Shown: positions 1 through 11,223, numbered from the stretch's first letter. The stretch: DNA of 64,000 bases from Verrucomicrobiales bacterium (GCA_031411295.1 JANOAV010000035.1:64001-128000); one strand, 5' to 3'. Translations and numbers: made by a program. The notes: a model not told the origin generated them from the letters alone.

Positions 1-23
1 TATAACCGACAAGAATGTAACTC

Positions 24-1163
24 ATGCCCATCAAAAAAACTTGGACTTGGCAAAAGCCAGACTGGCCGAACTTCTGCTATGACAGCACCAAGCTTGTAAA
101 CTTGGAGGCAGAATTCTTGCGGCAAACTGGCGTCTTCAGCGGTGCAATTCGCCATGTGGGCACAGAGGATCAGCAGCAGCTAACCATTGAACTCATTAGC
201 GACGAGGCACTTTTCACCTCCGAAATCGAAGGGGAAATTCTCAGTCGCGATAGCTTGCAATCATCCATCCGCCGCAACCTTGGGCTGACGACTGACAATC
301 GGAGGATTCCGCCTGCCGAGCACGGCATCGCGCAAATGATGGTGGAGCTTTACAAAGATTTTGCCAAGCCACTCACTGACCGAACGCTCTTTCACTGGCA
401 TGAGTTACTAATGAATGGCAGGCGAGATTTGAAGGACATTGGACGGTATCGCACCGACGAGCACCCTATGCAGGTAGTGTCTGGAGCCATCCACGATCCA
501 AAGGTGCATTTCGAAGCCCCGCCATCTAGCCGCGTTTCCGCAGAGATGAAGTGCTTCCTGGAGTGGTATCAACGCACCGCTCCAAGTGGGGCGGAACCAT
601 TGCCGATCCTAAGGCGTGCGGGCATCGCGCATCTTTATTTCGTGTGCATCCATCCCTTTGAAGATGGCAATGGACGCATTGGACGCGCCCTTTGTGAAAA
701 GGTGATTTCCGAAGGTTTAGCATACGCCGCACTCATTGCCCTTTCCGCCACGATCAATGCCCAGCGCAAGACCTATTACGAAATGCTAGAGGCGAACAAT
801 CAGCACTGCGAAATCACCAAATGGCTAGTTTACTTTGCCCAGACCGTTCTTGCCGCCCAAGCCCACTCGCTGGCATTGGTGGATTTCCTCATCGCTAAGA
901 CCAAACTCTACGACCGCATTCGGGGCAAGCTCAACGAGCGTCAGGATAAAGCCATCACCCGCATGTTCCGTGAAGGCCCCAGCGGCTTCAAAGGCGGCTT
1001 GAGCGCTGAGAACTACCTCCGCATAACAGGAACCTCACGCGCCACAGCTACGCGCGATTTGCAAGAACTGGTGGAAATGAAAGCTCTCACCCGCACCGGA
1101 AGCTTGAAGAGCACACGCTACCATCTCGCCCTTGCTCCTTCCCGCTTACCGTTGGCATCATGA
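24..1163 (+). CDS. Fic family protein with DUF4172-like N-terminus
   Basis: Fic motif HPFEDGNGRIGR; N-terminal WxWQxxDWPNF; C-terminal HTH-like SRATATRDLQELV. Confidence 0.9.
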   Translation: MPIKKTWTWQKPDWPNFCYDSTKLVNLEAEFLRQTGVFSGAIRHVGTEDQQQLTIELISDEALFTSEIEGEILSRDSLQSSIRRNLGLTTDNRRIPPAEHGIAQMMVELYKDFAKPLTDRTLFHWHELLMNGRRDLKDIGRYRTDEHPMQVVSGAIHDPKVHFEAPPSSRVSAEMKCFLEWYQRTAPSGAEPLPILRRAGIAHLYFVCIHPFEDGNGRIGRALCEKVISEGLAYAALIALSATINAQRKTYYEMLEANNQHCEITKWLVYFAQTVLAAQAHSLALVDFLIAKTKLYDRIRGKLNERQDKAITRMFREGPSGFKGGLSAENYLRITGTSRATATRDLQELVEMKALTRTGSLKSTRYHLALAPSRLPLAS

Positions 1164-2773
1164 AATTCCTTTCCATTCTAGCAGCACTGGCGTCTTGCGG
1201 TTTGTTAATGGCGCTCTTCAAGCACTCGGCTGCGCTGCCGGAGCGGTATGATTTGGTGATTGAAAATGCGCGCCTTGCCGATGGAACCGGCGGACCCATC
1301 GTGATGGGCAGCATTGGCATTCGGCAGGGCAGAATCGTGGCGCTGGGCGAACTGGACGGCTCGATGGCGGCTGACCGAATCGATGCGAAGGGAAAAGTCG
1401 TAGCCCCAGGATTCATCGATGTGCATACCCACTCGGAGGACATTGCCAGCCTGCCAGTGGCGGAAAATTTTCTGCGCATGGGAGTGACGACCATCGTGAC
1501 GGGCAACTGCGGTGCCTCCGACACGGACATTGCGAAGTTTTTCCAAAAAGTGGAACAGACGAAGTGTGCGGTGAATGTGGCCACCCTCGTGGGACACAAT
1601 TCCGTGCGCACTCTAGCCATGCATGGCAGTTGGGATCGACCGCCCACGACGGATGAACTGGAAAAAATGAAGCAGTTAGTGGATCAAGGCATGCGCGACG
1701 GAGCAGTAGGGCTCAGCACCGGCCTGATCTATCTACCCGGCACGTTCGCGAAGCCGGAGGAAATCATTGAGCTAGCCAAAGTGGCATCGGCTCATGGCGG
1801 AATTTATGCCAGCCACATGCGGGCGGAAAATGTAAAAATCTTCGATGCGCTGAATGAAGTTTTTCGCGTGGCACGGGAAGCAAAGATTCGGGCGGAGGTT
1901 TCCCATTTGAAATTATCCGGTCCATCGGCTTGGGGGAAGGCGGATGAGGTGATCGCAGCGCTGAATAAGGCCCGAGCGGAAGGCTTGCAGATTACGCACG
2001 ACGCCTACGCCTACAATGCCTCCAGCACCACCCTATCACAATTAATTCCGGACCAAGCGCGCGAAGGCACAGACGCAGACTTCCTGGCACGTCTCCAAGA
2101 TCCAGCGAAAAAGGCGGAAATCATGGTGGGCATGAAGGAAATGCTGCAACGTTCCGGCCGTGAGGATTACCGCTATGCAGTCATCGCGCGTTTTCGTCCA
2201 GATGCCACCTTGGTGGGGAAAAACATCGCTGAGGCCGCCAAGCTAACTCGCGGCTCGGATTCGCTGGAGGATCAGGTGGAGACGATATTAGAGATCCACC
2301 GTCGGGGCAGTGGCAGCGGAGTCTTCCATGGGATGAGTGAGGCGGATTTGCAACAATTCCTGCGGCATCCGCTAACCATGATTGCCAGTGATGGCGGCCC
2401 GCGTTCCTGCAAGCCCAGCACGGACGCCTCCCATCCGCGCAGCTATGGCAACAACGCCCGTGTGCTGGCGCGGTATGTGCGGGAGCAGAAAATCCTAACT
2501 CTGGAGGAAGCCGTGCGACGCATGACTTCATTGCCCGCACAGACTTTCCATTTTGGGGATCGTGGCAAACTGCGTGTGGGCGCCTGGGCGGACATGGTGA
2601 TCTTCGATCCGGCCACAGTCACTGATAAATCCACCTACGATGACCCGCACCATGTCTCTGAGGGATTCACAGATGTCATTGTCAACGGCTTGCCTGTGCT
2701 GCGAAACAACGAACTCACTGGCGAGCGATCCGGACAAGTGTTGCGGGCAGCACCGTCGCTGCAGACGCCCTAA
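1160..2773 (+). CDS. N-acyl-D-amino-acid deacylase (D-aminoacylase family), signal peptide
   Basis: PGFIDVHTHS, GVTTIVTGNCG, HPRSYG and ADMVIFDP motifs; ATGA overlap with the upstream gene. Confidence 0.88.
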   Translation: MKFLSILAALASCGLLMALFKHSAALPERYDLVIENARLADGTGGPIVMGSIGIRQGRIVALGELDGSMAADRIDAKGKVVAPGFIDVHTHSEDIASLPVAENFLRMGVTTIVTGNCGASDTDIAKFFQKVEQTKCAVNVATLVGHNSVRTLAMHGSWDRPPTTDELEKMKQLVDQGMRDGAVGLSTGLIYLPGTFAKPEEIIELAKVASAHGGIYASHMRAENVKIFDALNEVFRVAREAKIRAEVSHLKLSGPSAWGKADEVIAALNKARAEGLQITHDAYAYNASSTTLSQLIPDQAREGTDADFLARLQDPAKKAEIMVGMKEMLQRSGREDYRYAVIARFRPDATLVGKNIAEAAKLTRGSDSLEDQVETILEIHRRGSGSGVFHGMSEADLQQFLRHPLTMIASDGGPRSCKPSTDASHPRSYGNNARVLARYVREQKILTLEEAVRRMTSLPAQTFHFGDRGKLRVGAWADMVIFDPATVTDKSTYDDPHHVSEGFTDVIVNGLPVLRNNELTGERSGQVLRAAPSLQTP

Positions 2774-5700
2774 TGTTCCTTCGTAGAGGCCTTCGCTTTG
2801 GCCTTTTGACTGGCAAGGTAGGCGACGACGTCACGAAGCTGACGCTTCGTTAGGATGGCCGACATGGGGGGCATCACGGAGATAGGCGGGGTCATGCTGG
2901 CGATGGTGGTTCTGGGAATCACCTTCGTCGCGCCTTCGGGGAGTTTTAGGGAAATATTATCGGGCTCTTCTTTGAGCAAGGTGCCGATGATGGCTTCGCC
3001 CTCCTTGGGGGTGATGGTCACCAAGCCGTAGCCGCTGCTTACCACGGCACTGGGGGCGACGAGTGACTCCAGCAGATACCGTGAGTCCTTCTCTTGGCCT
3101 ATTTTGCTTAGGTCCGGCCCCACGGCAGAGCCTCCTTTGCCTTCGAACTGGTGACAGGCCACACAGTTGGCGGCCAGATTGTTGAGCACGATATCGCGCC
3201 CCAGTTTGGCATCACCACCTTCCTGGCATTCGGAGAAATTCAATTTCTCGGTGATCGCAGCGATTTGTTTTGCGCCATCCTTGAGTTTGTCCCCCAAGGC
3301 TGCCGCGGCTTCCAAGATTTCCAACTGCACGGTGGGTGGTTTGCTGGAAAGATTGGTCAGGGCGGTTTGCACGGTCACGACGGCTGCGGGCAAGGTGCCG
3401 AGGACTTTCCAGGCAGTTTGCATATCACTGGCGGATCCTTGGGCTGTCATCGCCACAGCGGACGCGAGGCCTGCGGCTGGATCCACCTGCGCCAGCAGTG
3501 GCAACGCGGTCGGTCGGAGCGCGGACAATTTTTTATCCCGGAAAATTTCCGGGAGCACCTGTTTCAATTCGGGCGCTTGGGGATGTTGGCGGGCCAGTTC
3601 TTGGAGAGCGGTGGTGCGCAGGCTCATGCTGGCTTTGGGTTGTTGCAAAATTCGCACTAACTGGGCGGCATCCAGAGGAATTCGCAAATCCGCCAGCATC
3701 CGGAGCGACAAGGCGTTCAAGTCCTGTTGCGGGCTGGCCAACAGGGTCTGGGCTTTGGGCTCCAGCGCCTGCTTCATGAGGGCTACGTCATGCGGCGGCA
3801 ATTCGCGATACATCCCATCCACCCGATCCAGCGGCGGCGGCTGAGGCCAGAGCGAAATCAAGGTTAACGCCTCCAAGCGCAACGCAGGATCTGCCGATTC
3901 ATTGACGACGAAGGCAACCAAGCGTTGCGCATCGGCGGCGGTTCCGAGGCGGAACGCTGCGTTCAGGGCGCGTCGCTGGCTTAATTCGTCCAACTTGCTG
4001 CCAACAAGTGCGGCTAGCTTCGGCAGGGCCTCGACAATGGAAATGTCATCATGAATCGCCCGGGCGGCCTCCTGGACGATGCTTGGTTCCGCATCCTGAA
4101 GGAAATTCGCACACTGTGCGGAGCGCGAGCGCGCCAAGGCCAGCAAGGCCGCCCGACGCACACTGGAGGTGGGGTCGGTTGCCAAGTTGGCTAGCGCGGT
4201 GGGCTCGGCACAATTTGCCAGAGCCGTGACGTAGGCGTGACGGAGGAAGGCATCGGTGTCGGCTTCCGCCTTGCAGGCAGCGAGCAACAGCGGCACCGCT
4301 TCCGGACATTTGATGCGTCCCAGGGCCAAGCCGGTCAGCAGACGAACACGGGGCTGGGCGTGAGTGAGGAGGCGGCCCAGAGCTTGCGTTAGCGCTGGCG
4401 TTAGGATGCATTCGGAGGCTACTTTGGCGGCTTGGGCCACCACCTCAGTTTCGGTGGAAGCGAAGAGTTTTTCCAATATGGCAACGTTCTCCCATTTCTC
4501 ATCCCGAGCCCCTTGACCTAATCCCCAAAGGGCATGCAAGCGCGCCAACAGGGGGGCCGTTTGCTCCAGCACCAAGCCTTCCAATGCGGCCCACTCATGA
4601 TCTCCGGCTAACGCAAACTGCGCTCCCCGGCGCACGCGCACGTCCGCATGGGCCATCAATTTCACCAACTCCGGGGTTTCCAGTTTATCGAATCCTTTAT
4701 CCAACAAGGCTTGGACTTCTTTGCGTGCAGCCTGATTCGAGGCGTTGGGATCATCGAGGGTCCACACGGCTCCTTTCCCATCCAACGGATAGCCGCCGAT
4801 CCAATCCGCGAAATAGAGTTTCCCATCCGGTCCCCAACTCATGCCGATGCCCATGATGCCGCTGCTGACGACTTCATCCGAGGCGATTTTAAAGCTGGCA
4901 CCCGTGGCTTCGAGGCGGATGGCATTCATTTTCCCGCTGGGAAATTGATTGAGGAAAAAGCAGCCTTGCCATGCGGATCCCAAGGCCGTGCCGGGATTAT
5001 AGGCAAAGCCGGCGGGGCCATCATGGCTGCTGGCCAGCGGCGGCGTGAGGAAGGCGGGTTGCCCGGCCGTGGCTGGTTTCCAGCGATCCTCGTCCATCCA
5101 GGGGCAGAAATTTTTCTGATATTGAAACCCGCAACGCCAGCCGCTATCGCTTTGCTCGGTGATATAAACGAAGCGTTCTTTTTCCCCAGGCTTATCGGCA
5201 TCATTGTCCACGCCGAAGAGGTTGCCGAATTCATCGAAGGCGATCTCCTGCACGTTGCGCAAGCCGTGCGCAAAAATTTCAAATCCTGAGCCGTCCGGCT
5301 CGCAGCGCAGCACGCAGCCTTGATTCGGCTGGGCCACCGCCGGGTGGCGCTTGTATTTCACGTGCACCCCTTTGTCGCCAATCGTCCAATAAATGCGACC
5401 GTCCGGTCCCACGGTTAGGCCGTGCATATCGTGGCCGGCGTAGGCAATGTGATGACCGAAGCCATGCGCGATGGATTTGCCGATGTCGGATTTCCCATCA
5501 TCATCCAAATCTTCCAGGCTCCATAAATCGGGTGCCACCGTTAGGTAAACGCTGCCATCGAAAGCCAGGACGCCCGCCGCAATGCCGCTGACTTCAGTGT
5601 TGTAGCCTTCGCTGAAGAGTAGTTTCTCGTCCGCCACGCCATCGCCATCGGTGTCCGCAACCCGCCAGACGCGTTCTTTGGGCACGGTCAGATCCTGCCA

Positions 5701-6030
5701 ATCGACGGATCCATCTTTGTTCTGATCAATCAGGCTGCCGCTCGGCCCCTTGAGTTTTCCAGGGGCGAGGACGTCGTGATAGAAAGCGATTTTGTCATCG
5801 ATATGTTGGAGTTTCTGATCCGCCACGATCCAGTCCGCGTGCTCGCGGATGTCCAGATCCGCCACCTTGCGACGCGTTGTTTCCGTGACAAAGACGCGCC
5901 CGTGATCGTCCACGCTGCAGGCGACCGGGTCCGCCAAGTTTAACGTGCCGGACCATTTGGTGGCCACTAACTTGGCGGGTTCCGCCATGGCCACGCTCGT
6001 CAAGAGAGCCCAACCAAGGAGGAATTTCAT
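2770..6030 (-). CDS. PVC-type membrane-bound dehydrogenase / heme-binding protein (beta-propeller, HEAT repeats, cytochrome c)
   Basis: Signal peptide; DTDGDGVADE and HGLRNVQ propeller motifs; helical repeats; C-terminal CVACH...GPDLSKIG...SVMP. Confidence 0.85.
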   Translation of the reverse strand: MKFLLGWALLTSVAMAEPAKLVATKWSGTLNLADPVACSVDDHGRVFVTETTRRKVADLDIREHADWIVADQKLQHIDDKIAFYHDVLAPGKLKGPSGSLIDQNKDGSVDWQDLTVPKERVWRVADTDGDGVADEKLLFSEGYNTEVSGIAAGVLAFDGSVYLTVAPDLWSLEDLDDDGKSDIGKSIAHGFGHHIAYAGHDMHGLTVGPDGRIYWTIGDKGVHVKYKRHPAVAQPNQGCVLRCEPDGSGFEIFAHGLRNVQEIAFDEFGNLFGVDNDADKPGEKERFVYITEQSDSGWRCGFQYQKNFCPWMDEDRWKPATAGQPAFLTPPLASSHDGPAGFAYNPGTALGSAWQGCFFLNQFPSGKMNAIRLEATGASFKIASDEVVSSGIMGIGMSWGPDGKLYFADWIGGYPLDGKGAVWTLDDPNASNQAARKEVQALLDKGFDKLETPELVKLMAHADVRVRRGAQFALAGDHEWAALEGLVLEQTAPLLARLHALWGLGQGARDEKWENVAILEKLFASTETEVVAQAAKVASECILTPALTQALGRLLTHAQPRVRLLTGLALGRIKCPEAVPLLLAACKAEADTDAFLRHAYVTALANCAEPTALANLATDPTSSVRRAALLALARSRSAQCANFLQDAEPSIVQEAARAIHDDISIVEALPKLAALVGSKLDELSQRRALNAAFRLGTAADAQRLVAFVVNESADPALRLEALTLISLWPQPPPLDRVDGMYRELPPHDVALMKQALEPKAQTLLASPQQDLNALSLRMLADLRIPLDAAQLVRILQQPKASMSLRTTALQELARQHPQAPELKQVLPEIFRDKKLSALRPTALPLLAQVDPAAGLASAVAMTAQGSASDMQTAWKVLGTLPAAVVTVQTALTNLSSKPPTVQLEILEAAAALGDKLKDGAKQIAAITEKLNFSECQEGGDAKLGRDIVLNNLAANCVACHQFEGKGGSAVGPDLSKIGQEKDSRYLLESLVAPSAVVSSGYGLVTITPKEGEAIIGTLLKEEPDNISLKLPEGATKVIPRTTIASMTPPISVMPPMSAILTKRQLRDVVAYLASQKAKAKASTKEH

Positions 6031-6848
6031 AGTTTGGACTTCACCAACTTCAGCAATTCCACATGATCTTTCACAATGTATTCCGCGCGCACTTTAACGG
6101 CCTTTTCGCTCAGAAAACGCACGGCGGTGCCGACGCGGGCGTTGCGGGCCAATTCGATATCCCGATCGTGATCGCCAATGAGCCAACTGCCAGCCACGTC
6201 TAAATTATGTTCATCCCGGGCGGCCAGAATCATTCCCGGAGCAGGTTTGCGCATGGGCGAGTTCTCGGACTTCAGGGCGGTGCAGGCATAAATGGCATCG
6301 AAGCTGGCCTTGGGCCCCAGCTCGGTTTGCATCCGCTCATGAATGGCGTCGAGCTGGGCTTGGTTGATGATGCCCTTGCCCACGCATTGCTGATTGGTGA
6401 CCAGCACCAGGAAATAGCCTTTGGTCTTCAGATAGGCCAGCACTTTCTCCACGCCGGGCAGGAAATAGAAATCCCACCAACTCAGGACATAGCTGCCCTC
6501 GCCCGGGGATTCATTGACCACGCCATCGCGATCAAAGAAGATAGCCTTGCGAGGGGCGGGCGGCTTCACGGCTTTGGCCGCCTTGGGCGCAGGGGTGGGT
6601 TTGGCTTTGGCTGGAGGAGCGACCTTCTTCGCCCCCACCTTCTTGGCTGCCACTTTCTTGGCTGCCACCGGTTTGGCCGCGACTTTCTTGGCGATCACCT
6701 TTTTGGGAGCGGCCGGTTTCGCGACTGCTTTCTTAGCCGCCCCTTGCTTGGCGACAGCCTTTTTGGCGACAGTTTTGCGAGCCACAGCCTTCGCAGGGGC
6801 TTTGGCAGAGGAAGATTTGGCGATGGGAGATTTCGGAGCACGACTCAT
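6027..6848 (-). CDS. gmhB: D-glycero-D-manno-heptose 1,7-bisphosphate phosphatase (HAD-IIIA) with Lys/Ala-rich N-terminal extension
   Basis: AIFFDRDGVVN, VTNQ, RKPAPGM and IGD motifs; ~100 aa of AKK repeats at the N-terminus. Confidence 0.8.
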   Translation of the reverse strand: MSRAPKSPIAKSSSAKAPAKAVARKTVAKKAVAKQGAAKKAVAKPAAPKKVIAKKVAAKPVAAKKVAAKKVGAKKVAPPAKAKPTPAPKAAKAVKPPAPRKAIFFDRDGVVNESPGEGSYVLSWWDFYFLPGVEKVLAYLKTKGYFLVLVTNQQCVGKGIINQAQLDAIHERMQTELGPKASFDAIYACTALKSENSPMRKPAPGMILAARDEHNLDVAGSWLIGDHDRDIELARNARVGTAVRFLSEKAVKVRAEYIVKDHVELLKLVKSKL

Positions 6849-6905
6849 ACGCAGTCCCCATAAACCAACTTCCCAATTCCGCCAAATGCTTTATCTCAGG
6901 ATGCT

Positions 6906-7943
6906 TCAAGATTGGCCCCGGCCATAAACCAGCTTCACATCCCCGCCCAGCGTCCGCAGGTCACGAAGTTCCAAAGCGACGGTGGCCCCGCCGGCAAACG
7001 CGGTGGTATCCACCGCCAGCTTCCCGGTGCCGCAAATCAGCGGGGCGAGATAGACGTGGAATTCGTCCACCAAATCCCCCGCAAATGCTTCCGCAAAGAC
7101 CTGTCCACCGCCTTCGACGAGCAATCCGACGACTCCCAGTTTACCTAACTCCACCAGCACCTCTGATAAATTTTTCCCCGGCCACACCAAAGTGCGATCA
7201 TCGAAACTGTCGGAGAAAATTTTGCTCTCTTCCGGCAATTTCCCCGAGCGGGTCAGCACTACCCGCCACGGTTGGAGCTTCCAAGCGGCCGCCGGGCCCC
7301 GCACCGTGAGGGCGGGATCGTCCTGGCGCACCGTTTCCGCGCCCACTAAAATGGCGTCCGCCCAGACCCGGAGTTCCATGGCGTCCGCCCGAGACTCGAC
7401 ATTAGTTAGCCACTGACCTTCACCCGCCCGCCGGGCGATGCGACCATCAATACTCATGCCCACCTTGGCGATCACGTAGGGCCTTCCGGTGCGGATAAAA
7501 TGAGTCCACGGAGCCAGCAACCGCCGCGCTGAGGCTGCTTGCACGCCCACGGTGACCCGGACTCCCGCTGCCTCCAGAATGGCTCGGGCCCGCCCGGCAT
7601 GAGCGGGGTTGGGATCATCCAGAGCATAAACTACACGACGAATGCCGCTGCGCAAAATGGCCTCCGTGCAAGGGGGGGTCTTTCCCTGAGTGCAGCAGGG
7701 TTCCAGCGTGACATACAACGTGGACGCTGGCAGCAACTGGCGTTGCGCGTCCGACAGCAGCGTCAGCGCAGCGACCTCCGCGTGCGGCCCGCCCGCCTGC
7801 AAATGAGCGCCCGCCGCCAGGAGTTCGCCTGTTTCCGCTACAATCACGGCTCCGACCGGTGGGTTCGGACTCGTGCGTCCCCGTCCCGCAGCGGCCGTTT
7901 CCAGCGCCAATTTCATCCAATGATCATCATCATGTCCGCTCAT
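6906..7943 (-). CDS. ribD: Riboflavin biosynthesis deaminase/reductase RibD
   Basis: PNPPVGAVIV, HAE, TLEPC...PPC zinc deaminase motifs; VEGG reductase motif. Confidence 0.95.
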   Translation of the reverse strand: MSGHDDDHWMKLALETAAAGRGRTSPNPPVGAVIVAETGELLAAGAHLQAGGPHAEVAALTLLSDAQRQLLPASTLYVTLEPCCTQGKTPPCTEAILRSGIRRVVYALDDPNPAHAGRARAILEAAGVRVTVGVQAASARRLLAPWTHFIRTGRPYVIAKVGMSIDGRIARRAGEGQWLTNVESRADAMELRVWADAILVGAETVRQDDPALTVRGPAAAWKLQPWRVVLTRSGKLPEESKIFSDSFDDRTLVWPGKNLSEVLVELGKLGVVGLLVEGGGQVFAEAFAGDLVDEFHVYLAPLICGTGKLAVDTTAFAGGATVALELRDLRTLGGDVKLVYGRGQS

Positions 7944-8482
7944 AGCGTAATCGTATGTGCAAAAAATGGCTCCTGCAAGTGATGTCCCTGATGCGGGGAG
8001 GCCACCTGCCTGCCGTCTAGAGGAGCTTGGTTTTGGCGAATCCCACGGTGGTATTCACCTTGGAAAGCTGGTTGCCTAAGAGCCGTGTTCCCAGCTTGCG
8101 CAAGTAAACGCGGAGGCGGCGTTTGCGATTGGGGGGCCCACTGGTCGGCTACCGCAGCCCACACCCAACAGCTCCGCCAGGCGTCGGAGCAGCGTGGTCG
8201 TCTGAGCCGGATTGACGAGGTCTGAAAACTCAAATAGCTGCGTCGGTCGCCCCTGCCAGAATTCCAGATATTCTTGCAGGGTAGAAGCGACCTCGCTCTT
8301 GCGTTTTAGATCCGTCATCCGTTGATAGGAGCGCACGATCTGGTCATGGGCACGCCGGGGGCTTAGAAGGGTGGTCTCCTTCTAGACGAGAGCAACACGC
8401 ATTGTTTATAAATGTGTAACGATTTTTCGTAACATTCTCAAGAAATACCAAACCGAATTCCTCGGAACTTCTCCTTGGAGAA

Positions 8483-9868
8483 CTAGTGCGGAGGTGCCGC
8501 CCCACCCAGATTCTTGGGAGCCCCAGCGCTGGGAGGATGGAAGAGCAAGGCGAGTAACACCGCCGCTGCCAAGGCCGCACCGCAGGGAATGAGGAAGAGT
8601 TTGTTCCATTCCACCACCTTGTCAGCATTCGTGTAATGCTTCAGCAGCATGGGGCCAAAGTAGTAACTGGCCAGAGGACCGCCGCCAAATACCAGCATGT
8701 TGAAGAGTCCCTGCGCACTGGTGCGGATGTCTTTGGGTAAATATTCGTCGATGAAAATATACAGCGTGGCAAAGAAGAACGCGTAGCAAATGCCATGAAG
8801 AATCTGCACCGCCACGATGGCCGACTGGTGATCCGCAAAGAAAGCATACACCCCAAAGCGGGCCGCATGACCAAGAATCCCGATAATCATGGTCATCCGC
8901 CAGCCGAGTTTCGCCAAGACTGCGCCCAGCACTCCCATCGTTAGCAGCTCAGCAACCTGACCAATCGTCATCGTTGGCATGATCCAATTTCCGGCAATCC
9001 CGACGCCTCCCACTTCCTTGGCCGCGCCCAAGAAGGAACCGGTCCACGCAAAATACAAATTATGCACAAAGGCATCCAGGAAAGTAACCAGAAAGAGCAC
9101 GAGGACGAATGGTTTGGCCAGCAGGCCAAACGCCTCCAACCAAGCCTGCGACTGACCTTCCTTCGGTTTCGGGGGGGTGTGTGGCAGTGTCAGGCTAAAC
9201 ACGGAGAGCGCCAGGGAAATGATCGCGCTGACAAGCAGCGTGGTCCGCACCCCAGCCTGCAATTCGGGACCAGTCAGGCCGTTGGCGAAGATGGCACCGA
9301 ACCAATCCTTCAGCGAAGAGGAGGAAAGTGCTGGCACCTTGGCCCAGTCCACCAGAATGAATACAAAAGGCCAAGCGACCAAGATCCAGCCCAGCGTGCC
9401 TCCCATGCGCACGATGCCAAAATCTTTCTTAGCGTCGCTCAGGTGAGAGAAGGCAATGGTATTGGCAATCGACAGCGTGGGCACGTAGAACAAGCAATGC
9501 AGCAACATCAGCCCAAAGAACGGCACGAAGAGTGGGTTCCCAACGGTGCCTGCGGACATCGCTTTCAATTGATCAGCGTCCACCGCAGCATCATGCTTCA
9601 GGAAAAACAGCCCGAGCATCGCCAAGCCGCCAATCAAGTGACTGAAGGACATAAACTTCTCCGCCGCAAATTTCCGATCCGCGAACTGATTACTGAAGAA
9701 CATGGCCACGATGGCTCCGATGGCGAAGGCATTCAGAATCCACGATTGCTGGCCATCCGTAAATCCCAGACTTGGCAAATAGCCAAAGATGAGTGGTAAC
9801 CAAGCTCCCCAGATGGCGATTTCGAGAATCATCATCACAAATAGTTTATTGCGCACAGCGGTATTCAT
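8483..9868 (-). CDS. MFS transporter, nucleoside:H+ symporter (NupG/YegT-like)
   Basis: ~12 hydrophobic segments; QFADRKF, RMGGTLGW, GQVAE, LHGICYAFF and RTSAQGL motifs; start placed at MNTAVRNKL. Confidence 0.85.
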   Translation of the reverse strand: MNTAVRNKLFVMMILEIAIWGAWLPLIFGYLPSLGFTDGQQSWILNAFAIGAIVAMFFSNQFADRKFAAEKFMSFSHLIGGLAMLGLFFLKHDAAVDADQLKAMSAGTVGNPLFVPFFGLMLLHCLFYVPTLSIANTIAFSHLSDAKKDFGIVRMGGTLGWILVAWPFVFILVDWAKVPALSSSSLKDWFGAIFANGLTGPELQAGVRTTLLVSAIISLALSVFSLTLPHTPPKPKEGQSQAWLEAFGLLAKPFVLVLFLVTFLDAFVHNLYFAWTGSFLGAAKEVGGVGIAGNWIMPTMTIGQVAELLTMGVLGAVLAKLGWRMTMIIGILGHAARFGVYAFFADHQSAIVAVQILHGICYAFFFATLYIFIDEYLPKDIRTSAQGLFNMLVFGGGPLASYYFGPMLLKHYTNADKVVEWNKLFLIPCGAALAAAVLLALLFHPPSAGAPKNLGGAAPPH

Positions 9869-10074
9869 AATCGGGGCGATCCTAGGGAGTTCCCCGCAGG
9901 GTGGCAAGCACATAAGTCACGCAACCGAGGACGATTCTGTATGGTGAATTGAGTGAAACATCAGAATCCGTGGGACGGGCCTGCCTTCATTGCCCTCGGT
10001 GGGCCGTTTCGTCGTCGAAGCCAGCGGCTCCGACTCCTCGCGATTCACCGATTTCTCTCTATAAATGGTCTGCG

Positions 10075-11223
10075 TTATTTGCTGAAGAAGCGCTTGGCTT
10101 TCTGGAGGAAACCTTCCTCCAGCGGGGCATTGTGCTGGCCGACGGATTCTGCAAAGGCTTGCAATTTGGCGCGCTGATCCGAGTTCAGGTTGGTCGGAAT
10201 TTCCACGTTAGCGCGCACGAGGAGATCCCCGTGAGCGTTGCGATTCAGTATCGGCATGCCTTTGCCACGCAGGCGGAAGAGTTCTCCACTCTGCGTGCCG
10301 GCGGGGATTTTGACACTGGCTTTGCCGCCCAGAGTGGGCACCATCAGTTCTCCGCCTAACGCGGCGGTGGCCAGCGGCACTGGGGCTTCACAGTAGAGGT
10401 CGTTATCGTGCCGTTGGAAAATATCATGTTCCTTCAAGTGCATCACCACATAGAGATCTCCCGCCGGACCACCGCGGAAGCCCGCCTCGCCATTACCGCT
10501 GGAACGCAGTCGCGAGCCCTCAGAGATGCCCGGAGGGATGCGCAGGGTGATGCGAGAGGTCTTCTCGATGCGACCATCGCCATGGCAATCGGAACACGGA
10601 TCTGAGATGATCTTGCCCGTGCCCTGACAATCGGGACAGGCTTGTTGGACTTGGAAAAAACCCCGACTGGAAATGACCTGGCCCGCTCCACGACAGGTGG
10701 GGCACGTCTTTAAGCCTTTGCCGGTGGACGAACCGGTGCCGTGGCACTTTTCACATTCCATGGCGCGCTCCAGTTCCAATTTTTTTTCCACGCCATTGGC
10801 GGCCTCTTCCAGGGTGATTTGCAAATTATACTGCAGATCATCGCCCCGCATTCTGCCGCTGGGATCACGCCGTGATCCGCCGAGGAATTCCTCGAAAATA
10901 CCGCCAGCCCCACCACCGCCACCACCGCCGCCAAAGACTTGGCGGAAGAGATCAAAGGGATCCACGCTGGCGGCTTGGGCTGCGCCTGCTCCGGGGGCAA
11001 ATGCTTGATGCCCGAAGCGATCGTAGGCCGCCCGTTTCTGGTCGTCGCTCAGCACTCCATAGGCTTCGCTGAGTTCTTTGAATTTCTCCTCTGCTACCTT
11101 GTCGCCAGGGTTGCGGTCGGGGTGAAACTTCATCGCCATCTTGCGGTAAGCCTTTTTGATGTCCTCCTCCGAGGCATTTTTGGATACTCCAATCACCTCG
11201 TAAAAATCGCGTTTTGCAGCCAT
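10075..11223 (-). CDS. dnaJ: Chaperone DnaJ
   Basis: J-domain HPD, G/F-rich region, four CxxCxGxG repeats. Confidence 0.97.
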   Translation of the reverse strand: MAAKRDFYEVIGVSKNASEEDIKKAYRKMAMKFHPDRNPGDKVAEEKFKELSEAYGVLSDDQKRAAYDRFGHQAFAPGAGAAQAASVDPFDLFRQVFGGGGGGGGAGGIFEEFLGGSRRDPSGRMRGDDLQYNLQITLEEAANGVEKKLELERAMECEKCHGTGSSTGKGLKTCPTCRGAGQVISSRGFFQVQQACPDCQGTGKIISDPCSDCHGDGRIEKTSRITLRIPPGISEGSRLRSSGNGEAGFRGGPAGDLYVVMHLKEHDIFQRHDNDLYCEAPVPLATAALGGELMVPTLGGKASVKIPAGTQSGELFRLRGKGMPILNRNAHGDLLVRANVEIPTNLNSDQRAKLQAFAESVGQHNAPLEEGFLQKAKRFFSK

